A DNA stretch of 64,000 nt from an uncultured Candidatus Saccharibacteria bacterium (GTDB lineage: Bacteria > Patescibacteriota > Minisyncoccia > UBA6257 > 2-01-FULL-56-20). The notes under the pieces were generated by a model that saw nothing but the letters and a program-made list of their open reading frames with translations, ran no database searches and was not told the DNA's origin. The stretch covers positions 32,100 to 96,099 of the forward strand of contig CAYIAX010000001.1 of the NCBI GenBank assembly GCA_964361595.1, given 5' to 3'. Below, in pieces: positions 59,726 to 64,000 of the stretch (positions are counted from its first letter, which is position 1; each line of letters opens with the position of its first letter). A program made the translations under genes and the position numbers.

Positions 59726-60280
59726 GTGGAAACTGCGATTAAGGTGATCTTTACGGTTGCGGGAAACCCACTAAGCGAGGCGGTGGTTGAAAAATTGCGG
59801 GAATTGTCGCTTGCGAAAAGCGGCCCGCGTTCGCCGGTTTGCACAACCTATAGCAACCTCGCGGACCTGACCGGCGCGCTCGCGGCAGTCTCACCGGATT
59901 CGGTGTTGGCGCTCTGGGATGCGACATTCAAGTCGGGATGCCGGCGGCACTTCCGGCATTACGATGTAGGGACAAAAAAGCCCTGCTCGCTGCCGGAATG
60001 GGCGGCGAAGGTGCGGTGGGCGGTAGTTTTGAACGCCGGGTGCTTCGCCGAAGCCGCCTTGATGAAGGAGGGACGGAAAACTGCGGTGGATACGATGGTC
60101 CGCCGTTGCGCCGAGCAAATCCGCGCGAACTTCCTTGTCAAGTTCGCGGACCGCGTGAATGCGAAGGTTTTGCCCTGGGGGGAGCCCAAAAGCTCCCGGA
60201 AAAAGCGTGGCAGCTATCTCGCCCCGCGCGGTTCCTGGAGCACCTATCCGCGTGCAATCCACGCCAGTTCCCTCTGGTAA
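59726..60280 (+). CDS. Hypothetical protein
   Basis: GTG start after AGGAAGGG; no family recognised. Confidence 0.55.
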   Translation: METAIKVIFTVAGNPLSEAVVEKLRELSLAKSGPRSPVCTTYSNLADLTGALAAVSPDSVLALWDATFKSGCRRHFRHYDVGTKKPCSLPEWAAKVRWAVVLNAGCFAEAALMKEGRKTAVDTMVRRCAEQIRANFLVKFADRVNAKVLPWGEPKSSRKKRGSYLAPRGSWSTYPRAIHASSLW

Positions 60281-60700
60281 ATCCGGCGACGAATCGCAAG
60301 CAGCGCGCTTCGATTCATCGCAGCCGTCCCCGTGGGAATTCATTTCGGAGCATCCGGAGCTGATCCGTTTCATCAATGGATGCTAGTCTAGTGATCGGCA
60401 GCGATACAACATCGCTGCCTTTTTGTTGCAAGAAAGTAAGTCGCTTGTATCTTTTTTAGCAACAACATAAGGACAACTATCAATTTGTACCTTCGGCGCG
60501 AACGGCTTGCCCGCTACTGGCAGTAGGCGGTAATCCGCATAATATTCGCGCACAGCTTCGGTTGCGCGTTTTTTATTGCTAATGTGCTTTGTGTTTACGT
60601 AATTAAATCGAGAAGCAGTGCTATGCTATAGCATAGCACTCAGCAAGAGTCGACAAATCCATTTTTAATGTGGTATAAATTTTGCAGCAGGAGGTGAATT

Positions 60701-61255
60701 TTGTCTGAAGCAACGCAGCCTCTCACAACCCCGCCGCCGGAACCCGTGCGGCGACGCATGCCCGCGGAGCGCAAATCGCTCACGCATAAGTTCTGCGTGG
60801 GCGGCCACGAGGGCTACATCACCGTGGGCCTGTACGAGGACGGCACCCTCGGTGAAATTTTTGTCGCGATGGCCAAGGAAGGCTCAACGGTTAGCGGCTT
60901 GGCGGATAGCTTCGCTATCGCCATTTCTCTAGCACTGCAGTACGGCGTGCCGCTCTCGGTGCTCACGGAGAAGTTCAGCCACACGCGCTTCGAACCCAGC
61001 GGCTGGACAGGCAACCCGGAAGTTCCCTACGCAAAGAGCGTTGTCGATTACATTTTCCGCTGGCTTGCCCTGCGCTTCCAGGTTGAAGCCGCGGCGCAAG
61101 AGTCAGCGGAAACGCCTACAATCGCAACGGATTTGCAGGGAAAGTTTGACTATCTGCCCATCTGCCTCGAATGTGGCGCGACGATGGAGGATTTGACCAA
61201 GGAGTATCGGTGCCGGAGTTGCGGGGCGCTGTCGCCAAAACCCCGAGCGCAGTAG
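60701..61255 (+). CDS. Stand-alone class II ribonucleotide reductase C-terminal (TSCPD/NrdJb-like) domain with zinc ribbon
   Basis: THKF.VG..EGYITVG.Y.DG..GEIF...AKEGS, ALQYGVP, FEPSG, SV.DYIFR; CLEC/CRSC. Confidence 0.85.
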   Translation: MSEATQPLTTPPPEPVRRRMPAERKSLTHKFCVGGHEGYITVGLYEDGTLGEIFVAMAKEGSTVSGLADSFAIAISLALQYGVPLSVLTEKFSHTRFEPSGWTGNPEVPYAKSVVDYIFRWLALRFQVEAAAQESAETPTIATDLQGKFDYLPICLECGATMEDLTKEYRCRSCGALSPKPRAQ

Positions 61256-61603
61256 GAAATTTCCTCTGCGCTTTTTATTTTCACCTACCAGAATGCCTCG
61301 TCGCTCTACGGCGAGGATAAATGGCGGAGTGAAAATAACCCTGCCGTCCCTTTGGGGCGAGTCTCGCCACGGGCGGGAGCCGGGTCGAAGAGTTAAAAAA
61401 TAATCCTGCTTGCCCGTTCCGAATCCGCCTCCGCCGATTGGCGGATAGCAGAGAAGGCGAGAGTTTATCAAAGGATTCCAATTTGATTTTTTGAAGCCTA
61501 GTAAAACAGATGAATGCACTCAACTGGGTGCTATGCTGTAGCATAGCACCCAGCAAAATCAATTCTTGAGGAATCGTAAAATTGGAATTGCTATAATTAG
61601 CAG

Positions 61604-62857
61604 GTGACACTAAAAACTTTCTTCAGGCGCCTGGGGCCGGGGTTCATTACCGGCGCTTCCGACGACGATCCTTCGGGTATCGCCACTTATTCGCAAGCGG
61701 GGGCGCGCTTTGGGCTCACCACGCTTTGGACGGCGTTTTTTTCGTTTCCTTTTATGGCGATCGTGCAGGAGATGAGCGGGCGGATCGGGCTTGTAACCGG
61801 CCGGGGATTGGCGAGCGTGATTAAAAAGTATTTCCCCGGCTACATACTTTTTGCCGCGGTATTTCTGCTCATCGTCGTGAACACGATCACGATTGGAGCA
61901 GATCTGGGCGCCATGGCCTCCTCAATAAATTTGATTTTGCCTTTGCCTGTCTGGTTTTGGCTCGCAGTCTTTGCAGTCGGAATCGTCTGTCTGGAAATTT
62001 TTATCGCCTATAAGACCTACGCCAAATTTTTAAAATATCTTTGCCTCTCGCTATTTGCTTATGCGATTACGGCTTTTGCAGTTACTTCGGATTGGGGGTT
62101 GGTTATTGCTTCGGCCTTAAAGCCGGCCCTTGAATTCAATTCCGAATATTTTTTCGTACTCGCCGCGATCCTAGGGACGACGATTTCACCGTATCTTTTT
62201 TTCTGGCAGGCGGATGCGGAGGTGGAGGAAGAAGTCCGCAAACATAAGCTGACGCAGATGGGCAGCGGCCAACCCAAGCTTTTGCCAGGAGACATTCCCA
62301 AGATGCGCACGGATACCATTTTCGGCATGTTTTTTTCAAATCTCATCATGTTCTTTATTATCCTTACGGCCGCCCTAACTTTGCATGCGGCCGGACTCAC
62401 CGATATTCAAACCGCTGCTGATGCGGCCGAAGCCTTGCGTCCGATTGCCGGAGAATTCGCGTCGCTTATTTTCGCCTTAGGCATTGTCGGTACTGGGCTC
62501 TTGGCTATCCCGGTTTTGGCCGGTTCGGCTGCTTATGCGATTGCCGAAACATTTGATTTCAAAGAGGGCCTGTCGAGAAAATTCAGCAAAGCCAAAGCAT
62601 TTTACAGCATAATTATTTTTTCCACTCTCATCGGCCTTGTCATTAACTTTCTGCCCATACCCACATTCAAGATGCTTTATTACGCCGCCGCTTTGAACGG
62701 AATTTTAGCGCCGCCGCTTTTGATTTTACTGGTGCTTATCGCCGGCAGCCGCAAAATTATGGGGGAGAATAAGAATTCAACTCTTCAGAATCTTGCCGGC
62801 TGGTTTACCGTCGCGATGATGGCGGCAGTGGCGGTCGCGGTGATCGCGACGATTTAA
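61604..62857 (+). CDS. NRAMP-family divalent metal transporter
   Basis: LGPG.ITGASDDDPSGI.TYSQAG, GTTISPY. Confidence 0.9.
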   Translation: MTLKTFFRRLGPGFITGASDDDPSGIATYSQAGARFGLTTLWTAFFSFPFMAIVQEMSGRIGLVTGRGLASVIKKYFPGYILFAAVFLLIVVNTITIGADLGAMASSINLILPLPVWFWLAVFAVGIVCLEIFIAYKTYAKFLKYLCLSLFAYAITAFAVTSDWGLVIASALKPALEFNSEYFFVLAAILGTTISPYLFFWQADAEVEEEVRKHKLTQMGSGQPKLLPGDIPKMRTDTIFGMFFSNLIMFFIILTAALTLHAAGLTDIQTAADAAEALRPIAGEFASLIFALGIVGTGLLAIPVLAGSAAYAIAETFDFKEGLSRKFSKAKAFYSIIIFSTLIGLVINFLPIPTFKMLYYAAALNGILAPPLLILLVLIAGSRKIMGENKNSTLQNLAGWFTVAMMAAVAVAVIATI

Positions 62858-63027
62858 TTACGTACAGAATTACATAATTCCATACGTAAATTCCGGATTA
62901 TAACATCCTAACATTCTGGCTTGCCCGCCTCGGGAGGGAGAATGTTAGAATGTTGCTTTTTTAGCAACAGTTGTCAGATAACCGCTTTCACCTTAAACTG
63001 TTTTTGCGGTTTTTTGTAGTAACTACC

Positions 63028-64000
63028 ATGAGATTATCCATCGGTATCGTCGGCCTTCCAAATGTGGGCAAGTCCACGCTCTTTAAGGCGCTTACGAATC
63101 AGGAAGTGAATATCGCGAATTATCCGTTCGCCACGATTGATCCGAACGTCGGCGTGGTAACTGTGCCGGATGAACGATTAGAGACGCTAACGGCAATGAG
63201 CAAATCCAAAAAGACCATTCCCGCCGTGATTGAGTTTTACGATATTGCTGGGCTAGTGAAGGGCGCGAACAAAGGCGAAGGTCTGGGCAACCAGTTTTTA
63301 TCCCACATCCGCGAGACGCAGGCGATCGTGATCGTCCTGCGCGTTTTTGAAGACCCGAACATCATCCACGTCGAGAGTACGGTTGACCCGCTGCGCGATC
63401 TTGAAATTATCAAAATGGAATTGATTTTGAAAGATTTGGAAACCATTGAAAAAGTTTTCGCGAAACTGGAAGCGGAAACAAAAAGCGGTGACAAACAGGC
63501 CCAGAAAAATCTGGAGGATGTAGCAGTAATTAAAAAATCGCTCACCGCGGGAAATTTACTTTCAAGCTCACCAGATCTTATGTTTCTAATTCGCGCGAAT
63601 AAGCGAATAAGCGAACTGAATTTATTGACCGTGAAGCGTGAGCTTTATCTCTTGAACGGCAAAGCGAGCGATGTTTTTCCCGAACTTATAAACGCAATTA
63701 AAGCTGCGGGCGGGGATTATCTCGTAATGGATCTATCGCAAGGCGGGGAGATCGGCGAACTTATCCGCAAGGCTTACAGCATCTTGGATCTCATTAGCTT
63801 TTTCACGGCCGGCGAAGATGAATCGCGCGCGTGGACGATCGAACGGGGGACCAAAGCGCCGCAAGCAGCGGGCGTGATCCACACGGATTTTGAAAAGAAT
63901 TTTATTCGCGCTGAAGTTGTTGCTTACGATAAATTCGTAAGTTCCGGCGGCTGGGCGCAGGCCAAGCAAAAGGGTTTTCTGCGCGTGGAAGGAAAAGAAT
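63028..64000 (+). CDS. ychF: Ribosome-binding ATPase YchF, 3'-truncated by window edge (not in ORF track)
   Basis: GIVGLPNVGKST, ANYPFATIDPN, DIAGLV, GEGLGNQFL, AAGVIHTDFE. Confidence 0.97.
   Translation, partial: MRLSIGIVGLPNVGKSTLFKALTNQEVNIANYPFATIDPNVGVVTVPDERLETLTAMSKSKKTIPAVIEFYDIAGLVKGANKGEGLGNQFLSHIRETQAIVIVLRVFEDPNIIHVESTVDPLRDLEIIKMELILKDLETIEKVFAKLEAETKSGDKQAQKNLEDVAVIKKSLTAGNLLSSSPDLMFLIRANKRISELNLLTVKRELYLLNGKASDVFPELINAIKAAGGDYLVMDLSQGGEIGELIRKAYSILDLISFFTAGEDESRAWTIERGTKAPQAAGVIHTDFEKNFIRAEVVAYDKFVSSGGWAQAKQKGFLRVEGKE

Noticed and set aside
1-64000. Recoded TGA (genetic code 25)
   Set aside because: fusA, proS and msrB end at TGA at the expected lengths.

Overview
64 kb of bacterial chromosome, genetic code 11 (TGA used as stop). 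Gene content and the many short intergenic palindromes and heptamer repeats suggest a Patescibacteria/CPR (Parcubacteria-like) genome; this is inference. Core genes: fusA (partial), tuf, rpsJ, proS, mreBCD-pbp2, rplU, ddl/murF, pgk, rnhA, rnpB, msrB, sod, tsaC, ychF (partial). The window also holds transporters, GT-C glycosyltransferases, a VirD4-like ATPase, an IS481-like element and many small orphan genes. The most striking unexplained signal is a ~700-nt non-coding unit between pgk and a Cys-rich gene (about 25118-25827). It has its own sigma70-like promoter and terminator, six GNRA loops, a cUUCGg loop, nested long-range helices and a possible pseudoknot. It is a candidate large ornate ncRNA that I cannot assign to any class I know. 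Other oddities: an intact tRNA-Gln nested inside a second tRNA-like scaffold; small HTH or nuclease genes bracketed by family-specific palindromes that also occur as solo copies; a leader-peptide attenuator upstream of an orphan gene; an RNase P RNA enlarged by repeats; and two apparent translation-initiation modes (leaderless-like versus strong SD). All structures were folded by eye and no database searches were run.
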